Assembly: GCA_963832375.1 (NCBI GenBank)
Contig: CAWHUA010000008.1
Coordinates: forward strand, 1,451,855 to 1,515,854
From: Vicinamibacterales bacterium
Lineage (GTDB): Bacteria > Acidobacteriota > Vicinamibacteria > Vicinamibacterales > JAMQPK01
Direction: 5' to 3'
DNA length: 64,000 nucleotides
A model generated the notes under the pieces. It saw nothing but the letters and a program-made list of their open reading frames with translations, did not search any database and had not been told where the DNA came from. Below are positions 1 to 8,430 of this stretch, one piece after another (within the stretch, counting starts at the first letter, position 1; every line of letters starts with the position of its first letter). The position numbers were made by a program, and so were the translations under genes.

Positions 1-649
1 GGCGGATCACCGCGATCTCGCCGTCCTCGAGAAAGATCACGTCGCGCGTGTAGGGCAGAATCGGGGCGACATCGGACGCGACGAGGAACTCGCCATCGCC
101 CACGCCCACGACGATCGGCGGCCCCTCGCGCACGGCCACGATCTTTCCGGGATCGTTGGCCGACATGAGCACCATGCCGTAGATGCCCTGAACGGTTTGC
201 AGCGCACGGCGGACGGCGTGCTCGAGACCGTCGCCATTCGACTCGCGCTCGACCAGGTGGGCCATGACCTCGCTGTCGGTTTCGGTCGCGAAGTGATGCC
301 CCTCGCCCGTCAGCTCGCGCTTCAACTCGAGATAGTTCTCGATGATGCCGTTGTGCACCAGCACCGTGCGGCCCGAACAGTCGCGGTGCGGATGCGCGTT
401 GCCCGCGGTGGCCCTGCCGTGCGTCGCCCAGCGCGTGTGGCCGATGCCGTACTTGCCGTCGAGCGGATCCTTGTTGATGGAGTCGACGAGATGCGAGAGC
501 TTCCCCGCGCTGCGGCGCACTTCGATCGACTCGTCCTGCGCGAGCGCGATGCCCGCGGAGTCGTAACCGCGATACTCCAGGCATCGCAGTCCGTCGAGGA
601 GAACCGGAACGACAGGTTTTGGTCCTAGATATCCGATGATTCCGCACAT
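1..649 (-). CDS. glmS: Glutamine--fructose-6-phosphate aminotransferase, N-terminal part (gene runs off the window start)
   Basis: Own reverse-complement translation from ATG at 649-647: MCGIIGYLGPKPVVPVLLDGLRCLEYRGYDSAGIALA...GHTRWATHG...HPH...LVHNGIIENY. It has the N-terminal Cys2 nucleophile and class-II amidotransferase motifs. It is missing from the ORF track because it is open at the window edge. Confidence 0.9.
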   Translation of the reverse strand, partial: MCGIIGYLGPKPVVPVLLDGLRCLEYRGYDSAGIALAQDESIEVRRSAGKLSHLVDSINKDPLDGKYGIGHTRWATHGRATAGNAHPHRDCSGRTVLVHNGIIENYLELKRELTGEGHHFATETDSEVMAHLVERESNGDGLEHAVRRALQTVQGIYGMVLMSANDPGKIVAVREGPPIVVGVGDGEFLVASDVAPILPYTRDVIFLEDGEIAVIR

Positions 650-680
650 GTCAGGATCTCACCCCCGTGAGGCCACGCAT

Positions 681-1748
681 TTATCTCGGTTCCACGTTCA
701 GCCGGTTTCGTCCGGCCATCTTGGCCGCATACAGCGCCCGATCGGCGCGCGCCAGCAGCTCCTGCGCGTCCGGCTCGTCCTTGCTCAACGTCGCCAGGCC
801 GATGCTGACCGTGATTGTCATGTCCGCCGGCAATCCCAGCGCTGGATCCGGCTGCCAGTTCGCGACCCGCCTGCGAAGGCGTTCTGCCGTCTGCAGCGCG
901 TTGGTCTCGGCCCCGTGCATCACGATCACGAACTCGTCGCCGCCCATACGCGCGCACAGGTCGAAGAAACGAATCGCGCGGCGGATGACGAGCGAGACGG
1001 CCTGAAGCACGGCATCACCGGCCGCGTGGCCGAACCGGTCGTTCACCGACTTGAACAGGTCGACGTCGACGGCCAGCACGGTGATGCTCGATCCGTCGCG
1101 CGATGCGCGGGCGATTTCTTCTTCGAGCCGGGCGGCGAAATGCCGGCGGTTGAACAGCCCCGTCAGCGGATCGGTCGCCACGAGCTTGGCGAGATCGGCC
1201 TTGTCCTTGGTCAACCGGCCCGCCAGGAGCGCCAGCGTCGCCGGCGCGATGAACGCCCGCAGCCGCGCGAGATCGGAGTGGCCGAATGCCTGGCCGTCGG
1301 AGCGATCCGCCAGGTTCAGCACCGCCAGCAGCCGTCCGGCCGCAATCAGCGGGATGAGCAGGCACGATGGCGTACGGTAGCGGATCCGGCGGCGGGCGGC
1401 TGACGGTTCCTGGCTGACGTCCGCAATGATCTTCGGCAGGTGCGACGTCAACACGTCGCCCATGAGACCCTCGCCCGCCTTGACCCGCACGTCGCTGACG
1501 AGCTCTGCCAGATACCCGCGCGTCGCGCTGATGGCCATGTACCCTTCACGCTCTTCGAACAGCGCGAGCGAGGCCTGATCGGCCCTCGCGACCTGTGCCA
1601 ACGTATCGACGATGAGCTGCTCGACCTTGCCGCTGCCGCTCAGTTCGGCGAGTCTCGATGCAAACCTGTGGGAAGTGAGAAGGGTATCCTCCTGAGCATC
1701 GCGCCCATTTTGCGGTTCTCCCACACCTTGCATGTCCAGTACAGACAT
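681..1748 (-). CDS. GAF-domain diguanylate cyclase (GGDEF)
   Basis: 355-aa ORF. The C-terminal half reads DPLTGLFNRRHF...VDVDLFKSVNDRFGHAAGD...RFFDLCARMGGDEFVIVM. The GGDEF active site is intact, with an RxxD (RFFD) I-site 5 residues upstream. The N-terminal ~170 aa are GAF-like. Confidence 0.85.
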   Translation of the reverse strand: MSVLDMQGVGEPQNGRDAQEDTLLTSHRFASRLAELSGSGKVEQLIVDTLAQVARADQASLALFEEREGYMAISATRGYLAELVSDVRVKAGEGLMGDVLTSHLPKIIADVSQEPSAARRRIRYRTPSCLLIPLIAAGRLLAVLNLADRSDGQAFGHSDLARLRAFIAPATLALLAGRLTKDKADLAKLVATDPLTGLFNRRHFAARLEEEIARASRDGSSITVLAVDVDLFKSVNDRFGHAAGDAVLQAVSLVIRRAIRFFDLCARMGGDEFVIVMHGAETNALQTAERLRRRVANWQPDPALGLPADMTITVSIGLATLSKDEPDAQELLARADRALYAAKMAGRNRLNVEPR

Positions 1749-1832
1749 GTAACCTCTCCACGCGAGTCAAAAACTCCCGCCGGACCCGAACACGAGAACT
1801 TGAACTTGGACCAGGACGCGTGTGCGCCCCGT

Positions 1833-3023
1833 TTACCCCGTTCGCTCCATCGCCAGCCGATGCCGGGGCGTCATCGTTTCCACGCCCCGATCGGCACGGC
1901 GCGCGATCGCGCCGCTCTCGACACCGCGCCGCAGAACCTCGGCGATGCGCTCTGCCGCACGGCCGTCCCACAGCTGCGGCCGGCGCCCCGCTGGTGGCGC
2001 TGACGCCTTGATGCTCTCCCACGCTTCGACGATTCGTTCGGTCGACGTGCCGACGATCTTGTTGGTGCCTTCACTGACGGTGGCCGGTCGTTCGGTATTG
2101 GGCCGCAGTGTGAGGCAGGGCACGCCGAGCACGGTCGTTTCTTCCTGCACGCCACCCGAATCGGTCAGCACGACTTCGCTGCGCTCGACGAGTCCGAGGA
2201 ATTCCAGATAGCCCTGCGGCTCGACGAGGCGCAGGCGCCCCGCCTCGAGCATCGCCGCGGCGGCGTGCGACGCCGACAGCGTCTGCCGCGTACGGGGATG
2301 CATCGGGAACACGATCGCGACATCGTGCGAGATGTGATCGATGCCGAGCATGATCTGCTCGAACGTATCGGGGTCGTCGACGTTGTGCGGCCGGTGCAGT
2401 GTCAGCACCGCATAAGGGATGCTCGTCAATCCGAGCGTCGCCGGGATGCCCAGACGCCGGGCGTGCTCCCTGCAGAACAGCAGGCTGTCGATCATCACGT
2501 TGCCCACGAAGTGGATGCGTGCGGGATCGACGCCTTCGCGAACCAGGTTCGCCTGGGCCGCCGGCTCGGTCGTGAACAACCAGTCTGAAATCTGATCGGT
2601 GAGGACGCGGTTGATTTCTTCGGGCATCGACCGGTCGAAGCTGCGAAGCCCGGCCTCGACATGCGCGACCGGAATCTGAAGCTTTGCCGCGATCAGCGCG
2701 CAGGCGACCGTCGAGTTGACGTCGCCGACGACCAGCACCATGTCGGGCTTCGTCTTGAGCAGCACGTCTTCGAAGCCGGTCATCACCGCTGCCGTCTGGC
2801 GCGCGTGACTACCAGACCCGACGTGAAGATTGAAATCGGGACGCGGGATGCCGAGCTCGTCGAAGAACACGTCGGACATGCCGGCGTCGTAGTGCTGGCC
2901 CGTGTGCACCAGCGTTGTTGAGAACACGCGCGGCTCGCTGCCGAGTGCGCGCGCGATCGGAGCAATCTTGATGAAGTTCGGACGAGCTCCCGCAACCAGG
3001 ACAATGCGACAGGGTGATTCCAC
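1833..3023 (-). CDS. wecB: UDP-N-acetylglucosamine 2-epimerase (non-hydrolysing)
   Basis: 396-aa ORF with a GTG start. Motifs: IVLVAGARPNFIKIAPI...LVHTGQHYD...MSDVFF...VVGDVNSTVACALIAAKL..VAHVEAGLRSFD; typical WecB/MnaA family. Confidence 0.85.
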   Translation of the reverse strand: MESPCRIVLVAGARPNFIKIAPIARALGSEPRVFSTTLVHTGQHYDAGMSDVFFDELGIPRPDFNLHVGSGSHARQTAAVMTGFEDVLLKTKPDMVLVVGDVNSTVACALIAAKLQIPVAHVEAGLRSFDRSMPEEINRVLTDQISDWLFTTEPAAQANLVREGVDPARIHFVGNVMIDSLLFCREHARRLGIPATLGLTSIPYAVLTLHRPHNVDDPDTFEQIMLGIDHISHDVAIVFPMHPRTRQTLSASHAAAAMLEAGRLRLVEPQGYLEFLGLVERSEVVLTDSGGVQEETTVLGVPCLTLRPNTERPATVSEGTNKIVGTSTERIVEAWESIKASAPPAGRRPQLWDGRAAERIAEVLRRGVESGAIARRADRGVETMTPRHRLAMERTG

Positions 3024-3142
3024 GGTGACGGTTTAGTGCAAGCATTCGGCCATTTCTCCGGCAAGTGCCGTGACCGTGTGGTGGGGGGTATCTCTCTCGT
3101 TTGTTTTCCGGCCTGACTTCGCGATTCGTGGGGCAATGGTGC

Positions 3143-3174
3143 AAAAAACGCACGACGCCGGCGCAACGCATCGT
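3143..3174 (-). terminator. Terminator-like hairpin plus U6 on the minus strand, inside the 460-bp region upstream of wecB
   Basis: Minus-strand RNA reads ACGAUGC-guugcgccg-GCGUCGU-gcg-UUUUUU: a 7 bp stem including one G.U, a 9-nt loop, and a 3-nt spacer before the U-tract. U-tracts are rare in this GC-rich window. Confidence 0.35.
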
Positions 3175-3482
3175 CGACCGTTGGAACCGTGCCTGGCGAA
3201 GAACAAGCATAGGCTGTCACTTCTCACGTTGACTTCTTTCTCCTAGTCGGTGGAGAAAATTCGGCGCGAACGCAATCCCGATTCGGTCATCGAAACGGCA
3301 AACTAAAGTCTGCTTCTTGCGTCCCGCCGGTCTAGTCTCCCCGGGAGGCGACTACGGCCGTTTCGGTCAAACATCCATGTCATCAACGCATTAGCGGGAA
3401 TTCTGCGCCCGGCGTCGTTTTTGCTCGTGCGGCCTCGACCGCGAAAGCGGCGACAAGAGTCTTTCTCACAGAGGCCAAACTC

Positions 3483-3722
3483 ATGAAGAAACCGCCAGTC
3501 TGCTTGCTCACCCCGACCCACGCGACGGATGCACATCAGGAACTTGCCATCGCCGTAATCCGTCAGGCCGTCATCGACGCCACGAATCCCGTGGCCGAAA
3601 CCCGTGTGCGTGCGGGCGCCCGTGCGTTTCTCAACGGTTCGCCGATGCTGCGCGAATGGTGCGGAGTGGCCGGCATCGATCCACGCCTCGTGCTCGAGAG
3701 GTGCGTAGGCGAGGATCGGTAA
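3483..3722 (+). CDS. Hypothetical small protein (79 aa)
   Basis: The ORF has mostly G/C at third codon positions by my reading. No family recognised. Confidence 0.3.
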   Translation: MKKPPVCLLTPTHATDAHQELAIAVIRQAVIDATNPVAETRVRAGARAFLNGSPMLREWCGVAGIDPRLVLERCVGEDR

Positions 3723-3769
3723 CAATCGACGATCGGTCGCGCCGCCGTTCCAGTGCGGACGACCACAGG

Positions 3770-4495
3770 ATGCAGAGCGACGGGACGGTCGGACGCGTGT
3801 TGCTGGCGAGTCTGCACCAGGCGATCGGCGAAGTGCTGCCGGCGCGGCTGGAATTCTACGAGCAATGGCTCCAGCCGCCAGACCACCCCGACGAAGCCCT
3901 GGGCATCGCGCCGTTCGGGACGATGCTGAGCGCGCTGCAGCATGAGGACGACAGCCAGCACGTCATCGAGCGCGCCGGGCAATACGCCGCGATCCGGTCC
4001 TTCGAAAAGCTCAGCGCGCTGAGGCGGGCGGGCACTCGAATCCTGCCACGCCGCATTCGCGCGAGAAAGGCCGTCGGCCTCATCGTTCGGATCCTGCCCG
4101 CGTTGTACGCGGATGCTCGCATCGACGTCACGCGCCGCGGCGGCACGATCTTCATCGGCATCGAGGGTTCGCCGTTCTGTACTCCGATTGGACGTGCCGG
4201 GCGCCCGTCCTGCCACTTTTATTCGAACGCCGTCACGACCTTTCTGCAGCTCTTCAAGTTGAGCCCCGCGGTTCGAGTCAGTCGATGTCGTGAATCGGGC
4301 ACGCCGAGTTGCCTCCTTACGGTCCTGCCCTATCTGCCTCGCGGGGGCGCCGGTATCGGAACAGTGCTTCCGGGCCTGACAGACGATGTGATGGCGCCCG
4401 ATCTCGCGGCGCCTGATCTGCCGCTCGCGCTGCCGGAGCCCGAGGTCGACGTTCCAGCGGGTACTCGAAGCGCCGGCCGTACTCGAAGCGGTTGA
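3770..4495 (+). CDS. Hypothetical protein, possibly V4R-like (Cys-containing small-molecule-binding fold)
   Basis: Internal ATG at 3770 of ORF 3656..4495. The segment GSPFC...SCHFYSNAVTTFLQLF...RCRESGTPSCLLTV resembles the V4R pattern of conserved Cys residues. The tail is low-complexity. Assignment is weak. Confidence 0.35.
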   Translation: MQSDGTVGRVLLASLHQAIGEVLPARLEFYEQWLQPPDHPDEALGIAPFGTMLSALQHEDDSQHVIERAGQYAAIRSFEKLSALRRAGTRILPRRIRARKAVGLIVRILPALYADARIDVTRRGGTIFIGIEGSPFCTPIGRAGRPSCHFYSNAVTTFLQLFKLSPAVRVSRCRESGTPSCLLTVLPYLPRGGAGIGTVLPGLTDDVMAPDLAAPDLPLALPEPEVDVPAGTRSAGRTRSG

Positions 4496-4795
4496 GCCCG
4501 ACGCAGCCGTTGAAACGGAGCCGACCACCTCGCCCGCGCCAGTCGAGCGCAGGGCGATCGAGGCCCGCTGGGACGCGCTGTTCAGGCGAAAGGTCCCGGG
4601 CAAGGAGTCGAACCGGCGCGACACCGGCAGGACGCCGTCAGACCCAGGGGACGATCCCGAAGGCCCGTGGCACCGGCTCTAACCTTAACTAACGCGAAAT
4701 CTGTAACCGGCCCCGGTTAGTACGCTGTGCGGCGAACAAAAGTCTGCTTTTCAGCGACATCCCATCTTGTCTGCCCCACGGGCGACTAACCGATA

Positions 4796-6073
4796 TTGCC
4801 AGCTAACCATATTCCTTTCAATGGCTTACGAGAGACTCGCTGCGCGGTACATCGTTTGCGAAACGATTGCTGGGACAAACCACACAACTTGCCTGACACC
4901 TCGACACCACCCGTCGTCATCCTCGGCGGCTCCGTCAATGCGCTCTCGGTCGCGAGAAGCCTCGGCAGACGGGGCATCAGGATTTTTCTGTCGGCCTCCG
5001 AGGGGCGGCACGTCCAGTACTCGCGGTACTGCACGAAGGCGTTTCCGTTCGGCCGCAACATCAAGGGCTCGGATTTCTGGCGCGACCTGCTGCTCGGCCC
5101 GCGAGGCACCGAGCTGCGCGGCAGCGTCATCCTCGTCTGCAACGACGAGGCGGTTGGATTCGTCGCACGCAACCGGGCGGAGCTGTCCAGGCACTACGTG
5201 CTCGACGGCTCGGTCCCCGAACTGCAGCTGTCGATGCTCGACAAGCAGAAGACGCTCGCGCTGGCGGAATCGGTCAACGTGCACGCGCCGCGGTTCTGGC
5301 AGGTGGAAAACGCCGCGCAGCTGAACGCGATCGAAGGCGCGCTCACGTTCCCGCTCATCGTCAAGCCGCTCATCTCGCATCTGTTCCAGGCCAAGTTCGG
5401 CGGGCGGAAATATCTGACCGCGAGCACGCACACCGAAGTGCGCGCCGCGATGGAACGCGTCTGGGCGGCGGGCCTGCAGGCGATGATCTGCGAATGGATC
5501 CCCGGCCCCGATCATCGGTTGTCGAGCTACTACACCTACATCGATAAGCACGGCAGACCGGTTTTTCATTTCACCAAGAAAGTGATTCGCCGGTTTCCCA
5601 AGAACGAAGGCCTGACGTCGTACCACATGACCGACTGGGATCCGGAAGTCGCCGACGCGGGCCTGCGCTTTCTCTCGGGCATCAGGTACCGCGGGCTCGC
5701 CAACGTGGAGTTCAAGCGCGACGCTCGAGACGGACGCCTCAAGCTCGTCGAGTGCAACGCGCGGTTTACCGCGCCGCAGGAACTGTTCGTGCGATGCGGT
5801 CTCGATACGGCGTCCCTCATCTACAACGATCTGGTGGGCCTCCCGCTGCCGGAGAACTTCGACTACAAGCAGGGCGTCAGGCTGTGGTACCCGTGGCGCG
5901 ATTTCATGGCCTTCCGTCAGCTCAACCGGATGGGCGAGCTCACGTTCGGCGAATGGATCAAGAGCGTATGGCACTGGCAGGCGCTGCCCTACTTTCACCC
6001 GACCGATCCCATGCCGACGATTGTGCCCGCACTGATGGCGCTGAGAGGTCGGCTGCAGTTCGCGAGGCCGTAG
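4796..6073 (+). CDS. ATP-grasp family carboxylate-amine ligase
   Basis: 425-aa ORF. N-terminal PPVVILGGSVNALSVARSLGRRGIRIFL (pre-ATP-grasp Rossmann-like), then PLIVKP...; ICEWIPG...; ANVEFKRDARDGRLKLVECNARF, typical of the ATP-grasp Mg/ATP site. Confidence 0.7.
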   Translation: MPANHIPFNGLRETRCAVHRLRNDCWDKPHNLPDTSTPPVVILGGSVNALSVARSLGRRGIRIFLSASEGRHVQYSRYCTKAFPFGRNIKGSDFWRDLLLGPRGTELRGSVILVCNDEAVGFVARNRAELSRHYVLDGSVPELQLSMLDKQKTLALAESVNVHAPRFWQVENAAQLNAIEGALTFPLIVKPLISHLFQAKFGGRKYLTASTHTEVRAAMERVWAAGLQAMICEWIPGPDHRLSSYYTYIDKHGRPVFHFTKKVIRRFPKNEGLTSYHMTDWDPEVADAGLRFLSGIRYRGLANVEFKRDARDGRLKLVECNARFTAPQELFVRCGLDTASLIYNDLVGLPLPENFDYKQGVRLWYPWRDFMAFRQLNRMGELTFGEWIKSVWHWQALPYFHPTDPMPTIVPALMALRGRLQFARP

Positions 6074-6206
6074 GTTCGTGGGATGGTGAGGTTCGTGGGT
6101 TCGTTGAGTTCGTCAGGTTCGTGGAGTTCGTCGGGTTCGTAGAGTTCGCGAACCGACGAACCGACGAACTTTACGAACTCTACGAACCCTACGAACTTTA
6201 CGAACC
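6074..6206. repeat. GGTTCGT/ACGAACC short-tandem-repeat inverted array (locus A)
   Basis: 8 GTTCG(T/C) units at 6074, 6091, 6099, 6108, 6117, 6126, 6135 and 6144. These are followed by 7 CGAAC units at 6149, 6156, 6164, 6173, 6182, 6191 and 6200. The centre is TTCGCGAA (6145-6152). The array fills the gap between two convergent stop codons. Confidence 0.9.
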
Positions 6207-6211
6207 GGGGA

Positions 6212-7294
6212 CTACGCTGCTCGGTTGGTCCATGGTGTCGAGACGCCAAGCTCGGCGGCGGTCTCGGTGAGCGTCTTGATCAGGTAATCCGGAATCGCAA
6301 TACCCGATCGGGTCTGCTCGTCGGCGCACTTCAGCCGGGCGTCTCCGGGAAGATTCACGGACTCGAAACCATCGCGCGGTGCAACCGCCGTCAGGGCGAG
6401 GAGCAGCCCTTCCAGGCGGTCTGCGAATTCTTCGAACGGAAGGAATCGCGCGATGTCGATGGCCACGAAGAGATGGCCGCAGCGCGTGTGGCGGTTCAGG
6501 TCGCGGAAGACGGATCCGACCTCGGGGGCGACGGCCGCGCCCGTCAGCACGCCGCTGAGGATTTCGACGAGCAGGCCGAGGCAATACCCTTTCGCGCCCG
6601 CGGCGGGCAGCAGGCAGCCGCCGCCGTCGACTTCGCCGGGGTCGGTTGTCGGATTGCCGTGGCTGTCGAGCGCGATGCCTTCGGGAAGCGAACGGCCCAG
6701 GCGTCGTGCGTGGCTGACCATCGAGCCCGCCGAGGCGCCGGTCGCGAGATCGATCACGAGCGGCGGCGCGTTCCGGCGGGGACTGGAGAAGGCGAACGGG
6801 TTCGTTCCGAGCAGCCGGTGACGTCCACCGTGCGGAGCGACCTTCGGCATCGAGTTCGAGTATGAGAGACCAATCAAACCTTCATCGGCGGCCCGCGCGG
6901 CATAGTAGCCCGCCGCACCAAAGTGATTGGAGTCTTTCACCGCGGCGATGCCCACTCCTGTCTCACGCGCGAGCTGAATCGCCCGATCCATCGCCATGCG
7001 TCCGGCAATCTGACCGAAGCCATGTTTCGCGTCGAGCGTGCCCGTCGACGGCCCCGTGCGTTCCCATTGCATGCCGGCCGGTGAGCGCAGCAGTCCCAGC
7101 CGCAGCCGCTTCAGCAGAATGGGCAACAGATACAGACCCTGCGTCTGATGGCCGCGCACGTCGCACCACGCCAGCGTCTCGGCCAGCGCGTGAGCGTCTG
7201 CGGCCGGCACACCGGCCGCTATCGCGAGATCGCGGCCGAGCTGGACGAGCTCGTCGACCCGCAGTCGGACATCAACTGATTTCATTGCGGCCAT
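6212..7294 (-). CDS. Ldh_2 family (malate/L-lactate/sulfolactate-type) NAD(P)H oxidoreductase
   Basis: 360-aa ORF. Motifs: RGHQTQGLYLLPILLKRL...HGFGQIAG...SNHFGAAGYYA...GTNPFAF..P...PLVIDLATGASAG...KGYCLGLLVEILSG; typical Ldh_2 family. Confidence 0.8.
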   Translation of the reverse strand: MAAMKSVDVRLRVDELVQLGRDLAIAAGVPAADAHALAETLAWCDVRGHQTQGLYLLPILLKRLRLGLLRSPAGMQWERTGPSTGTLDAKHGFGQIAGRMAMDRAIQLARETGVGIAAVKDSNHFGAAGYYAARAADEGLIGLSYSNSMPKVAPHGGRHRLLGTNPFAFSSPRRNAPPLVIDLATGASAGSMVSHARRLGRSLPEGIALDSHGNPTTDPGEVDGGGCLLPAAGAKGYCLGLLVEILSGVLTGAAVAPEVGSVFRDLNRHTRCGHLFVAIDIARFLPFEEFADRLEGLLLALTAVAPRDGFESVNLPGDARLKCADEQTRSGIAIPDYLIKTLTETAAELGVSTPWTNRAA

Positions 7295-8427
7295 TCTCCG
7301 GGGCCGAGCAGGACATCGAGCAGCCGTTCCAGCACGGGGAACGCCTGTTCCGGCCGATCGATCAGATAGTGATGCTGAAGGCCCGGCGTCGTGTTCACTT
7401 CGTTGAACACGCCGCCGGTCTCGGCGAGCGGCCGCGAGATATCGGTCGTGATGACGTCGTGACCCGCCAGCCTGATTCTGAGCAGGCGCGCGATTTTGGC
7501 GCCGCGGCGAATCGTGTCCGGGTGCACGCGATCGCGGACGTTCGAATTCTCGGCGGCGGTGTTCTCGTTGACCGGCGCCTTAATCACGACTTTGCTGTTC
7601 ACGGCGAGCACCGACGACAGCGACAGTCCCTGCTCGTCGAGGCATCGCCGGAGCTCGACGTCCACGACGATGGGCTGCACGGCGAGCGGCGCCACGCCCT
7701 GGATGCGGCGCAGGTTCTCTTTTTTGATGAGCTGCGCCAGGGTCTGACGGCCGTCTCCGACCAGGCACGGCGGCCGGCGCTCGATGGCGTCGACGAACTC
7801 GCCATCGATATAGAGCAGCCGGTAGGACGGTCCGGCGGCCTGCTGTTCGATGAGGATCGTCTTGCTGAAGGTCGACGCCACCGCGGCGGCGCGCCGCAGA
7901 TCGCGCTTCGTGCCCACGCCGAGCGTGACGCCATGTCCGGACGCGCCCGACATGCCAGGCTTGACGACCGCGAGACCGCCCAGATTCTCGAGAAACGCTT
8001 CAGCGCGCTCCATCTGGTCGATCTTGAACTCGAGGAATCGGCCGACCGGGTGCCCGTGCTCCTGGAGCAGCCGGCTGACCAGCGGCTTGTTGCCCGCCAT
8101 CTTCAGCGTCACGGGGCCATCGAGCATGACGCGCGAGCCACTGACGAACGTTTCGCGGCCGTCGCGGGCGATGCGAGTGACGCCGTAGCCCAGGTCCTCG
8201 ATCGTGGCGCCGACGTTGGCCGCCGCCGCCGCCCACAGCCGGTCGTAGCAGGACGCTCTCAGGGACGCGAACGGTGCCAGCTCGCTCTCGTACCGGCGCT
8301 GGAGCAGGAACTGTTGAACCCGTGCCGCCATCGACGCGAGCTCGCGCCATCGACGCGAGTGTTTACGGTCGGAGACGCCGTAGGTCGCGCCAATCGGAGC
8401 GGACAATTTGCCGGTTGCGGTGGTCAT
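7282..8427 (-). CDS. Stand-alone ATP-grasp protein resembling the N-terminal/ATP-grasp part of cyanophycin synthetase (no Mur-ligase domain)
   Basis: Only the last 381 codons of the 805-aa ORF 7282..9699 look real; the start is ATG at 8427 (MTTATGKL...). Motifs: LAVVKPGMSGASGHGV, LIEQQAAGPSYRLLYIDGEF, VNENTAAENSNVRDRVHPD, RLAGHDVITTDISRPL..GGVFNEVNTTPGLQHH. It overlaps the Ldh_2 gene by 13 nt, implying an operon. Confidence 0.6.
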   Translation of the reverse strand: MTTATGKLSAPIGATYGVSDRKHSRRWRELASMAARVQQFLLQRRYESELAPFASLRASCYDRLWAAAAANVGATIEDLGYGVTRIARDGRETFVSGSRVMLDGPVTLKMAGNKPLVSRLLQEHGHPVGRFLEFKIDQMERAEAFLENLGGLAVVKPGMSGASGHGVTLGVGTKRDLRRAAAVASTFSKTILIEQQAAGPSYRLLYIDGEFVDAIERRPPCLVGDGRQTLAQLIKKENLRRIQGVAPLAVQPIVVDVELRRCLDEQGLSLSSVLAVNSKVVIKAPVNENTAAENSNVRDRVHPDTIRRGAKIARLLRIRLAGHDVITTDISRPLAETGGVFNEVNTTPGLQHHYLIDRPEQAFPVLERLLDVLLGPGEWPQ

Positions 8428-8430
8428 CGT

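Noticed and set aside
4461-4490. A direct duplication of GTACTCGAAGCG with an 18-nt period at the 3' end of the V4R-like ORF.
   Set aside because: It has only 1.7 copies and lies inside a low-complexity coding tail. It is plausibly a small slippage event with no evident function.
4668-4673. TGGCAC, resembling the -24 element of a sigma-54 promoter.
   Set aside because: No TTGC(A/T) -12 element lies at the required spacing; the downstream sequence is cggctctaacc.
4590-4680. A tRNA-like T-loop signature on the minus strand (GGTTCGACTCC, plus-strand ggagtcgaacc at 4604-4614) in the non-coding stretch before the ATP-grasp gene.
   Set aside because: The flanking bases cannot form a T-stem (GCCGG versus CCTTG gives only 2 of 5 pairs). 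I could not build an acceptor stem or anticodon arm, and no tmRNA-like context is present.
4704-4719. The palindrome TAACCGG-cc-CCGGTTA upstream of the ATP-grasp gene.
   Set aside because: It is real as sequence but isolated. It could be an operator or a small hairpin, and I have no supporting context, so it is not promoted to a finding.
6074-6206. The short repeats considered as a CRISPR array.
   Set aside because: The units are 6-7 nt with 1-3 nt spacers. There are no 25-40 nt repeats or unique spacers, and no cas genes in the window.
5752-6270. ORFs reading through repeat locus A as FVEFV.../ELYEP... peptide repeats (also 5995..6249 on the other strand, and 48632..48943 and 48877..49071 at locus B).
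   Set aside because: The repeat period is 8-9 nt and irregular, so the frame is not maintained as a true peptide repeat. These ORFs overlap the 3' ends of real genes and there is no start context.
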